This document shows positions 21,969 through 34,805 of a DNA stretch of 64,000 bases, in pieces. Below the pieces are notes generated by a model. That model was not told the origin of the DNA and did no database searches. It saw nothing but the letters and a program-made list of their open reading frames with translations. Where the stretch lies: assembly GCA_900617105.1 (NCBI GenBank), contig UYFQ01000478.1, positions 1 to 64,000 of the forward strand, given 5' to 3'. The stretch comes from Hydrurus foetidus (Eukaryota). Both the position numbers and the translations under genes were made by a program. Each line of letters starts with the position of its first letter. The first letter of the stretch is position 1.

Positions 21969-22869
21969 TCAGGCCTTGAGGTACTCCGCCTTGCCGCCCA
22001 TCCAGCGTGCCACGTGTTTGTGGGCCAGGTGGGGGTAGCGGTCCAGCAGCATGGGGGCCTCGGCGCGGGCCCATTCCAGCAGCGCAGTGTCGGTGGCCAG
22101 GTCGGCAAAACGCAGCATGGCCTCGCCGCTCTGGCGGGCGCCCAAAAACTCTCCCGGCCCCCGAATCTCCAGGTCGCGCCGTGCGATCTCAAAGCCATCG
22201 TTGGTCTCTGCCATGGCGCGCAGGCGTTCGCGTGCGGCCTCGCCCAAGCGCGGCGCGGCGCCCGTGGAGTACAGCAGCACGCAGGCCGAAGCGGCCGCGC
22301 CGCGCCCGACACGACCGCGCAACTGGTGCAGCTGGCTCAGGCCAAAGCGCTCGGCATGCTCAATCACCATGAGCGAAGCATTGGGCACGTCCACGCCCAC
22401 CTCGATCACCGTGGTGCTGACCAGCACCGACATCAGCCCGGCGGTGAAGGCGCCCATGACGGCTTTTTTGTCATCCACATGCATGCGCGAATGCAGCAGG
22501 CCAATCAGCACAGGTTGCCCATCTGCGCGGGTGGCCCCCTGCAGCGCCTCGGCCAGGTCGGCATGGGTTTGCGTGGCGTTGGTCAGGTCCAGCGCCTCGC
22601 TCTCTTCAATCAGCGGGCATACCCAGTACACCTGCCGCCCCTGCGCGATCTGGCCGCGGATGCGTTCGATGACTTCGTCGCGCCGGTGTTCACTCACCAC
22701 CTTGGTGACGATGGGCGTGCGCCCGGGTGGCAGCTCATCCAGCGTGGACACATCCAGGTCGGCGTAATAACTCATGGCCAGGGTGCGCGGAATGGGCGTG
22801 GCCGTCATCATCAGCATGTGCGGCTCCATGGTGTCGTGCTGCAGCTTGTTGCGCAGGGCCAGACGTTGT

Positions 22870-22902
<33 letters not shown>

Positions 22903-24116
22903 GCGAGCGCCAGGTTCTTGAACTTGACCTTCTCCTGGATGATGGCGTGCGTGCCCACCACCAGCTGGGCCTCCCCGCTCTCGATCAGCGCCAGCATGGT
23001 GCGACGCTCCTTGGTCTTTTGTGTGCCGGTGAGCCAGGCGGTGGTGATGCCCAGCGGCTCCAGCCAGCCGAGCAGTTTGCGGAAGTGCTGTTCGGCCAAT
23101 ATCTCGGTAGGCGCCATCAACGCGCACTGCCAACCCGCGTCCATGCAGGTGGTCGCGGCCAGCGCGGCCACAACGGTCTTGCCCGCGCCCACGTCGCCCT
23201 GCAGCAGGCGGTGCATGGGGATGTGGCGCGCCATGTCGTGCGCAATCTCCACGCCCACACGGTGCTGGGCATTCGTCAGCCCAAACGGCAACGTGGCCAG
23301 CAGGCGCGCATGCAGCGTGCCGCCCAGCACCGCCTGCAGCATGGGCGCACGCAGGGTGGCACGTTCGCGCCGGCTTTGCAGCTGGCTCAGCTGCTGGGCC
23401 AACAGCTCTTCGGCCTTCAGGCGCTGCCAGGCCGGGTGGCTGTGGTCATGCAGCGTGTCCAGCGACACATCGGGCGTGGGGTGGTGCAAAAACTGTAGCG
23501 CCTGGCGCAGTGTCCATAAGGGCTGGTGGCCGATTCCCTGGTGCAACACCTCCAGATCACCGGGCGCAAAGGTGTCGGACAAATCGGAGCGCGCCAACCC
23601 CGCCAGCACGGCCTTGCGCAGGTAGGGCTGGGGCAGACCGGCCACCGTGGGGTAGATGGGCGTGAGCGCGGTGGGCAGCTCGCCGCCCGCTGCGCGAAAA
23701 CTCGGATGCAGCATGGTGCGGCCCATGAAGCCGCCCTTCACCTCGCCACGCACGCGGATGCGGTTGCCCACCGCCAGCGCCTTTTGCTGCGAGCCATAAA
23801 AGCTGAAGAAGCGCAGCGTGCAGGTGTCCGAGCCGTCGTCCACCGTCACGATCAATTGGCGGCGCGGGCGAAACGTCACTTCCTGGTGTGTCACCACCGC
23901 TTCGATCTGCGCCAGCTGGCCCTCGCGCACCTCGGTGAGTTTGACGATACGGGTTTCGTCCTCGTAGCGCAGCGGCAGGTGCAGCGCCAGGTCGATGTCG
24001 CGCTTCAGGCCCAGCTTCTCCAGCGCCTTTTGCGCGGGGGATTTGGTATCCGCCGTCCGGCCAGCGGCAGCTTCAGGAGCGGCATCAACGGTGCGGGCGG
24101 CGGGTTTCTTGGGCAT
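21969..24116 (-). CDS. recG: ATP-dependent DNA helicase RecG
   Basis: LHLPLRYED, LLQGDVGAGKT, DEQHRFG, TATPIPRT, QLRGRVGRG. Confidence 0.97.
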
Positions 24117-24173
24117 GGGACAATTCTGCCCTGTCTTTTCCCTTGGAACGGGCCCGTCCGGCCCTCAAGCACC

Positions 24174-26506
<2,333 letters not shown>

Positions 26507-26521
26507 ACCCTCCAAGCAAAA

Positions 26522-26586
26522 ACGCTCCTGAATTAGGAGCGCCTCGCGCAATATCCACGGGGGCCAGAGGCCTTTTTGGCTTAAAA
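26522..26586 (+). repeat. Dispersed ~62-bp motif, copy 4 (between convergent tgt and MCP; its tail contains the MCP stop codon)
   Basis: CGCTCCTGAATTAGGAGCGCCTCGCGCAATATCCACGGGGGCCAGAGGCCTTTTTGGCTTAAAA. Confidence 0.87.
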
Positions 26587-28376
26587 AGCTGCCCAGTCTT
26601 CGTCCCCACCGGCTGGCACCAATCGGGCGTTGGTCTTGGGTGTCAGGCCCGCCAGTGCAGGGGCCTTGGCAGGGGCCAGCCTGGGGGCGGCCGCTTTTTT
26701 GGGTACTGCGGGGCGCTCCATGGCTTTGGCAGGGGCGGCAAGGGTTTTCGGCGCGCTGGCCTTGACCGGGCTGGGCAAAGCGGCATGGCTGGCGCCGTGT
26801 CCCGCGGTGAGGCGGAACACCGCCACGGTCTGCACCAGGTCGCCGGCCTGGCCCTTGAGGCTGCTGGCCGCAGCGGCCATCTGCTCCACCAACGCGGCGT
26901 TTTGCTGGGTGGCGTGGTCCATCTGGGTGATGGCCTCGCCCACCTGGGCGACGCCGGCACTTTGCTCGTTACTGGCGGCACTGATCTCGCCCATGATGTC
27001 GGTCACGCGGCGGATGCTGCTCACCACTTCGGCCATGGTGGCACCGGCCTTGTCCACCAGGCTGGTGCCTTGTTCCACGCGCTCCACACTGGCGTTGATG
27101 AGGCTCTTGATTTCCTTGGCGGCCTCGGCGCTGCGCCCGGCCAAACTGCGCACTTCACTGGCGACCACCGCAAAGCCACGGCCCTGCTCGCCGGCCCGCG
27201 CAGCTTCCACCGCAGCGTTCAAGGCCAGGATGTTGGTCTGGAAGGCAATGCCGTCGATCACGCTGATGATGTCGCTGATCTTGCGGGATGCATCGTTGAT
27301 GCCCTTCATGGTTTCAACCACCTGGCCCACCACTTCACCCCCTTGCACCGCCACCGAGCTGGCACTTTGGGCCAGCTGGTTGGCCTGGCGCGCGTTGTCG
27401 GCGTTTTGCTTCACGGCGGAGTTCAGCTCTTCCATGCTGGCTGCGGTTTCTTCCAGCGCACTGGCCTGCTGTTCGGTACGCGCACTGAGGTCGTGGTTGC
27501 CCTGGGCAATCTCGGCACTGGCCGTGGACACCGACTCCGAGCCACTGCGCACGCTGCTCACCACGGTCACCAAGCCATCCTGCATGGTGCGCAGGGCACG
27601 AAATAGCTGGCCGGTTTCGTCGAGCCGTTGGGCTCAATGTGCGATCGTCAGATCGCCCTCGCCATGGTCTGGGCAATTTCACGGCCTGTTGGCATGGGAC
27701 GCGTGATGGAGCGGGTAGCCAGCGGCCAACAGCACAGCCCGACGACGGCAATGGCAATGGACAGGAACATCTGCATGCGCAGGCTCTGGCTTTGCGCTAC
27801 CGAGGCTGCGACATCACGGTCGCTGATGTCCCGAATTTCCTTCTTGGCCACCTCGACCGCGCCGACCAGCGCCACCAGAAGCGGCCGGCATTCGGCGGCG
27901 ATCTGCTTCGACGCACCATCACGGTCGCCTGCCAGCGCCTTCTTCACAATCTCGGTGGCCACCGGGGCGTATTTGGTCTCGATTTTGTCAATCTCATCGA
28001 CCTTGCGCAGCAAGCCGGCGGTATTCGCATCCCCCGTGGCCAGCATGGATTTCAGGGATTTCATCGAGTTGTTGATGCGCTCGAACGAAGCATCAATGCT
28101 TTTCTTTTCGATGGCGATCTGCGCGGCATCGTCCAGCAACACGATGTTGCGGGCCGCCACCGCGCGTGCGGTGACCCCATCGAATAGCGAGACCAACAGC
28201 GCCTCCTGTTTCTCAACCACATTGACCTGGTGCTCAAAGTTGGCTTGCGACGTGGCCAGATTGCTGATCGCCATCACCGATACCAGCACCACGGCCAGCG
28301 CCAGAATGAGGTAACTGAAGATGAGGCGGGCTTTGATGGTTCCGAAATTGAAACCCGGCTTGGCTTGGCTGTGCAT
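26581..28376 (-). pseudogene. Methyl-accepting chemotaxis protein, frameshifted in the TM2/HAMP region (possibly a sequence artefact)
   Basis: Sensor half (27648..28376) and signalling half (26581..27585) are in different frames; several small indels at ~27615-27735; ends in DWAAF pentapeptide. Confidence 0.8.
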
Positions 28377-28640
28377 GGTGACTCACTCCCTTGGTTGACG
28401 TTGTTCTCTGTATCCCACTGGTCTGGCTAAATGCCCCCAACGACGAATTCCACAGTGCTTCCAGGTAGGCCCTGGCCCTGCAGTTTTGAAGATGAACGGT
28501 CTCTGCCAAACGTTTGGCATCCCAGCGACGTGATCGCTGCTGTTGTCAGCACGAACCCCTTTGTTGACCCGCGGCTTCGTTGCCGCGGGAGGTAGTCACA
28601 TGCTATTTTTTGCGTAAGACAGATGTTACGCACCAAAACC

Positions 28641-28667
28641 AAAACCCGGGGAATTTATTTACCCGGG
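28641..28667 (-). terminator. Putative terminator after MCP 28678..30477
   Basis: CCCGGG...CCCGGG stem followed by TTTTGGTTTT on the minus strand. Confidence 0.45.
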
Positions 28668-28677
28668 CGCTTCTCGG

Positions 28678-30477
28678 TCAAAAAGTTTCCCAATCTTCAT
28701 CCCCGCCAGCAGGCGTGTTCTTGGTGCTGGTCTTGGGCGCTGCGGCGCGCACTGTGGGAGCGGCTGCCGGGCGCGCAGCTTTGGCCGCTGGCGCAGGGCG
28801 GGGAGCCGCGGGCTTGGTATCTTCCCGCCGCTCCGTACCTTTGAAAGCCAGAGAGGGCTTGCCCGAACGCACGGGGGCCACCGAATGCGAAGGCGCTGCC
28901 TCTGCCGGGCCGGCACTGGCAGCTGCGCTGCCTTCTTCGGAGGAGAGCTTGAACACCGCGACCACTTGCACCAAGTCCTGCGCCTGGCTCTTGAGGCTGC
29001 TGGCTGCAGCCGCCATTTGCTCCACCAGTGCGGCATTCTGTTGCGTGGTCCGGTCCATCTGCGAGACAGCCTCACCCACTTGGGCGACGCCGGCACTTTG
29101 CTCGTTGCTGGCTGCACTGATCTCGCCCATGATGTCGGTCACGCGGCGGATGCTGCTCACCACTTCGGTCATGGTGGCACCGGCCTTGTCCACCAGGCTG
29201 GTGCCTTGCTCCACGCGTTCCACACTGGCGTTGATGAGGCTCTTGATTTCCTTGGCGGCCTCGGCGCTGCGGCCCGCCAAACTGCGAACTTCACTGGCGA
29301 CCACCGCAAAGCCACGGCCCTGCTCGCCGGCCCGCGCAGCTTCCACCGCGGCGTTCAAGGCCAGGATGTTGGTCTGGAAGGCGATTCCATCGATCACGCT
29401 GATGATGTCGCTGATCTTGCGCGAGGCATCGTTGATGCCCTTCATCGTCTCGACCACCTGACCCACCACCTCGCCCCCCTGTACCGCCACCGAGCTGGCA
29501 CTTTGGGCCAGCTGGTTGGCCTGGCGGGCACTGTCGGCGTTTTGCTTCACGGCGGAGTTCAGCTCTTCCATGCTGGCCGCGGTTTCTTCCAGCGCACTGG
29601 CTTGCTGTTCGGTACGCGCGCTCAGGTCGTGGTTGCCCTGGGCAATCTCGGCACTGGCCGTGGACACCGACTCCGAGCCACTGCGCACGCTGCTCACCAC
29701 AGTCACCAGGCTTTGCTGCATGGTTTGCATGGCCTGCAGCAGCTGCCCCAGTTCATCCGTGGAGCCTACGGTGACATGCCCTGACAGATCACCCGTGGCG
29801 ACCTGCTGTGCCACCGTCAAAGCGTTGCCTAGTGGGCGAGTGATGGAGCGGGTGATAAGGGCGGCCGCCGCGCCAGCCAGCAGCAGGGCCAAGACCACAG
29901 CACCGAGCATGACGCTGCGCGCAGAGTCGTAGGAGGATGCCGCTGATTTGGCCGATTCGTCCGAACCGTTGTGGTTGAGCTGGACAATCTTGTCCAACGT
30001 CTCGCTGGATGAGTTGTACAGCTTTTTGGATTCGCCTTCCAGAATCGTGCGGGCGATCTGTTTGCTGTTGCGCTTCGACGCTTCAAACAGCTGGTCGTGC
30101 AACTTCATGTACTTTTGCCAATCCTCAGCAAAGCCCTGGTAGAGCGCGCGTTCTTCGTCGGAATTGATCCGCGCCTCGTAGACCTTGCGCGCTTCATCCA
30201 ATTTGGACTGGGCAGTTGCCAATGATTTTTCGGCCTCGGCCATGCCGGCCTCACCCACATTGGTGACGTGCTGGCCCTCATAGATCCGGAAGTTCGCCAC
30301 GGCCGTGCTGATCTTGTTGGCGCTTTCCACACCCGGCAGCCAAGTGTTGGCAATGGCACTGGAGCTGGCATTGATAGAGGCCATTTGCGTGAGGGCCAGC
30401 AGCGCAATAGCCAGCAACACCGCAGTCAAGGCACCAAACCCCCCATACAGGCGGGTGACAATTCTCAAATTTCCCAT
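28678..30477 (-). CDS. Methyl-accepting chemotaxis protein with C-terminal DWETF pentapeptide
   Basis: Complete MCP architecture; NWETF-type CheR/CheB tether. Confidence 0.95.
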   Translation of the reverse strand: MGNLRIVTRLYGGFGALTAVLLAIALLALTQMASINASSSAIANTWLPGVESANKISTAVANFRIYEGQHVTNVGEAGMAEAEKSLATAQSKLDEARKVYEARINSDEERALYQGFAEDWQKYMKLHDQLFEASKRNSKQIARTILEGESKKLYNSSSETLDKIVQLNHNGSDESAKSAASSYDSARSVMLGAVVLALLLAGAAAALITRSITRPLGNALTVAQQVATGDLSGHVTVGSTDELGQLLQAMQTMQQSLVTVVSSVRSGSESVSTASAEIAQGNHDLSARTEQQASALEETAASMEELNSAVKQNADSARQANQLAQSASSVAVQGGEVVGQVVETMKGINDASRKISDIISVIDGIAFQTNILALNAAVEAARAGEQGRGFAVVASEVRSLAGRSAEAAKEIKSLINASVERVEQGTSLVDKAGATMTEVVSSIRRVTDIMGEISAASNEQSAGVAQVGEAVSQMDRTTQQNAALVEQMAAAASSLKSQAQDLVQVVAVFKLSSEEGSAAASAGPAEAAPSHSVAPVRSGKPSLAFKGTERREDTKPAAPRPAPAAKAARPAAAPTVRAAAPKTSTKNTPAGGDEDWETF

Positions 30478-30526
30478 CTAGTCTCTCCTCTATAGTTGTT
30501 ATCCAACGCTCAACATTCTGGAGTGC

Positions 30527-31801
30527 TCAGCCCGCCGTGGTGAATACCGTCAGTACCCCGGTGTAGCCAAACACATGGCGGTGGGCGATCTCACCACCGG
30601 CAAAAAAACCGACCAACGGCACATCGCCCAGCGCACGGCGCACGACATGCATCTCGGCACTGGGCCCGCCAAAGTGCGGCCCCCCACGGCCCGCGCAACT
30701 CACATACAGCGCCCCGGCAATGCGCCGCGCTGGATGCGGCGCTGCCTCCAGCTCACTTTGCTGCAGGGCGGTCGCCACTTCCAGCGTCAGCTCCTGCGGC
30801 TCCAGTTCTTCGCGAACTTCGGCGCAGATACGTACCAGGTCGGCCTTGGCAGCCTGCATGTTGCGCTGGCAAAACGCCAGCTGCGCACCCACTTGCACCT
30901 GGTCGGCCACGGCAATGCCGCGGCGCCCGGGGTCCAGGCCAATGATGTGGCGCACCGTCACGTCGCTGCCAAAATTGCCGGTCTGGCGCACCAAGGCAGC
31001 GTCGTGGGCCGCGCCCTCCTCCGGCTGCACCAGGCCCACCAGCGTGGCGCGCACCACCTCCAGCGCCTCCTGCGGCCGCTCCAGCGACACGCCCAGGTCG
31101 CGCAGCATCACGTCCAGCGCCGGCTCGTTATCTAGCATCACCACCACGTTGTGCGCCGCCTGTGTGACCACATGGGTGGGCGACACCGGTTTGCAGCCCT
31201 GGGTCACGCGCGACACCAAGTCCACGCCCTCGCCAAAGGCCACGCCGCTCAAGCCGCCCGTGAAGACGCCGCTGGCGGCGCCATGGCCGCTGAGGTTGCC
31301 ATCCGCCGCCACCGCAAACTGCACACTTTGGGTGCGGCTGCTGGAGAGGCCGCCAAACAGGTAGCCGCTGTCGGTGCGCCGGGCCATCTCGTCAATGAGC
31401 TCGGCCAGATCGGGCGTGTCGCCGTCGGCATGCACCAGCGCGGTATGGGCTTCAAAGCCCAGCCCCAGCGGGGCAATGCCCGAGAACACGCGGTACTGGT
31501 GGCTGGGCAGCTCCAGCAACATCACGGCCAGCGCCGGCTCATCAAAGTACTCCACGTTGTTGGACGCGATGCCAATGCCCACGGTGCCCGACCAGTCGGT
31601 GACCAGCGGCAACTCGCCACTCAGGTGCTCCAGGATGTCCTGGGCGTGGGGCGCGTAATGGTCGGTGATGTAGAGCAGCGCGAGGCTGGGGGCTGTGGCG
31701 TAGCCTGGCAAACTCATCTGCGCGCGCAACTGCGCCAGCACCAGCGCAGTGGCCATGGGCCACTGGGGATGTGTCGCGTGGGCGTAGGGGAACAGGGACA
31801 T
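30527..31801 (-). CDS. FIST signal-transduction domain protein
   Basis: VTQGCKPV, LDNEPAL, YVSCAGRG, GFFAGGEI, YTGVL. Confidence 0.9.
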   Translation of the reverse strand: MSLFPYAHATHPQWPMATALVLAQLRAQMSLPGYATAPSLALLYITDHYAPHAQDILEHLSGELPLVTDWSGTVGIGIASNNVEYFDEPALAVMLLELPSHQYRVFSGIAPLGLGFEAHTALVHADGDTPDLAELIDEMARRTDSGYLFGGLSSSRTQSVQFAVAADGNLSGHGAASGVFTGGLSGVAFGEGVDLVSRVTQGCKPVSPTHVVTQAAHNVVVMLDNEPALDVMLRDLGVSLERPQEALEVVRATLVGLVQPEEGAAHDAALVRQTGNFGSDVTVRHIIGLDPGRRGIAVADQVQVGAQLAFCQRNMQAAKADLVRICAEVREELEPQELTLEVATALQQSELEAAPHPARRIAGALYVSCAGRGGPHFGGPSAEMHVVRRALGDVPLVGFFAGGEIAHRHVFGYTGVLTVFTTAG

Positions 31802-31830
31802 GCGCCTGCGCTTGCCGATGACGGGAGCGC

Positions 31831-32490
31831 TTAGCGACCCGCGGGTTTGCGGGCGGTGGTTTTGCGCGCAGCTGGCCGCTTGGTCACGGCCTTTTTGCCG
31901 GCCGCAGTGGCCGACTTGAGCGCTTCCTTGGCCAGGCCGGTGGCCATGTTCTTGGTCATGTCCACCGCCGTTTTGGTGGTGGCTTCTTTCATGGCCGTGG
32001 CGGCAATGTTCTGGAACTGCTGGGTCAGCGACCCCCATAGCTGCAGCGGATCCACCATCCCGGTAGGGCTACCGGCCTTCGCGGATTTGGAGCTGCCTGT
32101 GACGTCGGACAGGGTTTTCGCGGCGGAAGCGGCTTTTTCGGTCACGCGCTGCACGCTGCTGGCCACCGAATCGGCGGCCTTGAGCTTGAGCGCGTTGGCC
32201 ACATCACCGATGTTGAAGTTCATGCCCTTGAGCGTGGCCAGGGTCATCTTTTGCACTTCCAGGGCCTGGATGGTGGCACCCAGGGCGCGTGAGTTTTGCT
32301 CCAGCCAAAAGTGCACGTTTTTCAGTTCTTCGATGCGCTTGTCCAACTCCTCCACATTCAGCGTGGGGGCCACCCAGTTGGCCAAATTGGGCATCTGCGG
32401 TATGTTGGTGGAGGCGCCTTTGGCCAGGTTCTGTAAGAAGTCAAAACCCGGGACAAATTTGCCAAAACCGGAGGTGTCTGCATCGCTCAT
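31831..32490 (-). CDS. phaM: PhaM-family polyhydroxyalkanoate granule regulatory protein
   Basis: PTLNVEELDKRIEELK, LEVQKMTLATLK, WGSLTQQFQ, Lys/Ala-rich tail. Confidence 0.8.
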   Translation of the reverse strand: MSDADTSGFGKFVPGFDFLQNLAKGASTNIPQMPNLANWVAPTLNVEELDKRIEELKNVHFWLEQNSRALGATIQALEVQKMTLATLKGMNFNIGDVANALKLKAADSVASSVQRVTEKAASAAKTLSDVTGSSKSAKAGSPTGMVDPLQLWGSLTQQFQNIAATAMKEATTKTAVDMTKNMATGLAKEALKSATAAGKKAVTKRPAARKTTARKPAGR

Positions 32491-32575
32491 GGTTGCTCCA
32501 ATGGGCCTGTGAACCAGGCCACTGCGTGCAGCTTACACCCAATGCACAGGCCGAAGCTACAACCGGGTTACAGCC

Positions 32576-33034
32576 TCAGGGTTTGCCCTGCATGGGTGCA
32601 GTAGATGCCACAGGCACCTGCAGCTCTTTTTTGCTCTCCACACCCTTGGCGTCTTTGAACACCAGCGTCAGCGGAATGGTGGTGTCCTTGCGCAGGGGCA
32701 GCTTCAGGTCCATCAGCATGACGTGGTAAGCGCTGGGACTCAGGGCCACGGCCTTGCCAGCCGGCAGCGCCAGCCCGCCCTGGACGGGGCGCATCTTCAT
32801 CACATCGCCCTCCATCTTCATCTCGTGCACCTCGGCCACACCGGCCACGGGAGAGGACACGGACACCAGCGTGGCACCGTCTTTGGCGGTCAGGGTCATG
32901 AAAGCGCCGCTGGCCTTCTGGCCCTGCACGGTGGCACGCGCCCAGGCGCCGCTGACGTCTACGGTTTGCGCCCAGAGCGGGGCAGACAAGGTGGTGGCCA
33001 GCGCCGTGACGACGGCTAGTTTCAAGAATGTCAT
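32576..33034 (-). CDS. Periplasmic copper chaperone PCu(A)C
   Basis: AWARAT, EVHEM...MKM, YHVML Cu(I)-binding motif. Confidence 0.9.
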   Translation of the reverse strand: MTFLKLAVVTALATTLSAPLWAQTVDVSGAWARATVQGQKASGAFMTLTAKDGATLVSVSSPVAGVAEVHEMKMEGDVMKMRPVQGGLALPAGKAVALSPSAYHVMLMDLKLPLRKDTTIPLTLVFKDAKGVESKKELQVPVASTAPMQGKP

Positions 33035-33063
33035 GGGGACTCCGTTAGTTTGATAGGACCGAA

Positions 33064-33615
33064 TCAGTGGACGTGGCCGCCAGCGGCCTGCACATCCAGC
33101 ACCTCCAGTGCGGCGGCGGGCGACTTCAGGCTGTGCGCATCCTGGCCGGCCGCAGGGATTTCGACCCACGCGTTGCGCCCCACCTGACACCCTTGCACCA
33201 CCTTGAACCACAACGTGCCAGGCTGGCTTGGCGTGGTGCCGCGCAGCACAAACTCGTCGTACAGCGCGCTGGGCAAAGCGTTCTCAGCGCCCGCGGCGGT
33301 CCAGGTGATTTCCTGCACGCCTTCGGTGTATCGGGTGCCGTGCATTTCGTAGGGCTGGGCCAGCGGGCCGACCTTGGTAGACACCGCCCAGCCGACTTTC
33401 ACCATGGGTTGCGCTGCGTTGAAGCCCGCCGGGATAGTGACCTGAACGGTGGTGGTGGCCGAGCCGGCGCAGCCGTGGCCCACCTGCAGCACCGCGCGGT
33501 AGGTGGCACCGCTCGCTGCGGCCGGGTCTTGCAGGGTTACATGCCCAAAAGAGGCGCTAGCCCCCGTCAATGCTGCGCAGGCAGCTATACATTGAATAGC
33601 AAATTTGAACGTCAT
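33064..33615 (-). CDS. YcnI/DUF1775 family copper-binding protein
   Basis: Mature N-terminal His (HVTL), VGHGC, EITW, QGC...W, KSPA. Confidence 0.85.
   Translation of the reverse strand: MTFKFAIQCIAACAALTGASASFGHVTLQDPAAASGATYRAVLQVGHGCAGSATTTVQVTIPAGFNAAQPMVKVGWAVSTKVGPLAQPYEMHGTRYTEGVQEITWTAAGAENALPSALYDEFVLRGTTPSQPGTLWFKVVQGCQVGRNAWVEIPAAGQDAHSLKSPAAALEVLDVQAAGGHVH
33541..33602 (-). repeat. Dispersed ~62-bp motif, copy 5 (encodes the YcnI signal peptide)
   Basis: Reverse complement TTGCTATTCAATGTATAGCTGCCTGCGCAGCATTGACGGGGGCTAGCGCCTCTTTTGGGCAT translates as FAIQCIAACAALTGASASFGH. Confidence 0.85.
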
Positions 33616-33717
33616 ACAAAAATATCCAAGGGGCGCAACCCCACGCCGGGGCCACGCGGACGAACCACCACCCCACGGGGAGCACTTCGCAAAAAACAAG
33701 AGAGAAGGGGATGAAGT

Positions 33718-34080
33718 TCAGGCCAGCGCAGGCGGGCCGCGCGCGGCAGCCGCCGCCACGATGGCGCCCACGGGGCGCTGTGCCAGCGCGCTGCGCTGCA
33801 CATGGGCCAGGGCGACGGGCGCATGCACCACCACAGGAGCCGCGGGCGGCGCACCGGCCACCATGCAGAGCACGCAGTCCAGCGTGTGGCCCATGGGCTG
33901 GGGCGCATCGCCGTCGGCTCCGGCCTTGAGCTGCACCACCCCGGCGGCAGAACACACCAAGGTCAGCGTCTGCGGGTTGACCACCGGCGAGGCGACGGCC
34001 ACACCCAGCGACAAAGCAAACCACACCAGCATCCAGCGGACGATGGCGCGGGTTTCTCGCAGGGTTTGCAGGGACGGCAT
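33718..34080 (-). CDS. DUF2946 family protein (CruR/CutF-like leader)
   Basis: N-terminal hydrophobic segment, LVCS, CVLC, C-terminal ARGPP; sits upstream of copper genes. Confidence 0.8.
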   Translation of the reverse strand: MPSLQTLRETRAIVRWMLVWFALSLGVAVASPVVNPQTLTLVCSAAGVVQLKAGADGDAPQPMGHTLDCVLCMVAGAPPAAPVVVHAPVALAHVQRSALAQRPVGAIVAAAAARGPPALA

Positions 34081-34129
34081 GGGCGCAATTATCGCGCACC
34101 GTTGTGCGCGGGACTGCTATTCTTCCCGA

Positions 34130-34805
34130 AGCTGCTGATGAAGTAATAACCGTTCGCCCGGCGACGGCGCAGGGTGAGAGGCTGGTCACGGGCACGGCTT
34201 GGCGAAGCGCTCAGGCAGCAGTTGCTCCGCCAAGAATTTAGCGCCCAGCCCGGTCCAAGATATCCTGCGCGAAACGATTGCGTTTGAGAAGCTGCCATCA
34301 AGGCACTGGCATCGTGCGCGCCCAGGCCGCGCGGTCATCCCCAGCGAGCTAGCGGTGAAGGCTTTGTGGCCCCAAGGGCATTCCGTGGGTGATCGGGGCA
34401 AAGGCCGAGACGGATTTGAACAAAGCCGGGTGGCCAAGGCCAAATCAGCGCACCATGCCCGCCCATTGTGGCCAAAGGCCTATCTGCCCAGCAAAGGCAA
34501 AGCGTCCACCACCAGCGGCAGCAGCTCTTGGGTCAGGTAGCCCGATGGCGGTAGTGGGTGGCCCAGAGCGCACGGGTCGCGTCCAGGTAAAACCCCGCCG
34601 CCACACCAAAATCGGCCAAGCGTCTGATTCACCGGGAACCTGCGCCCCGCGTGGGCTGGTGTCGTGCGCCATCAGAACCCAGCTCAGCCGCCACGCGCTG
34701 GCACCGGTGGCTCATGAAGGATTCTTCGTTGCATCAGCCCGGCAACAGGTAGGCGGCCGGCACCTGATCACGTCGGGGTGGCAAAAAAACCGCGCATGGC
34801 ATCGC
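34130..34805 (-). pseudogene. Second, heavily indel-disrupted S-formylglutathione hydrolase copy (possible artefact)
   Basis: Recognisable fragments across frames: AVFLPP, CNEESF, DTSPRG, GFYLDA, CPWGHKAF, KFLAEQL, QPLTLRR, GYYFISSF. Confidence 0.75.
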
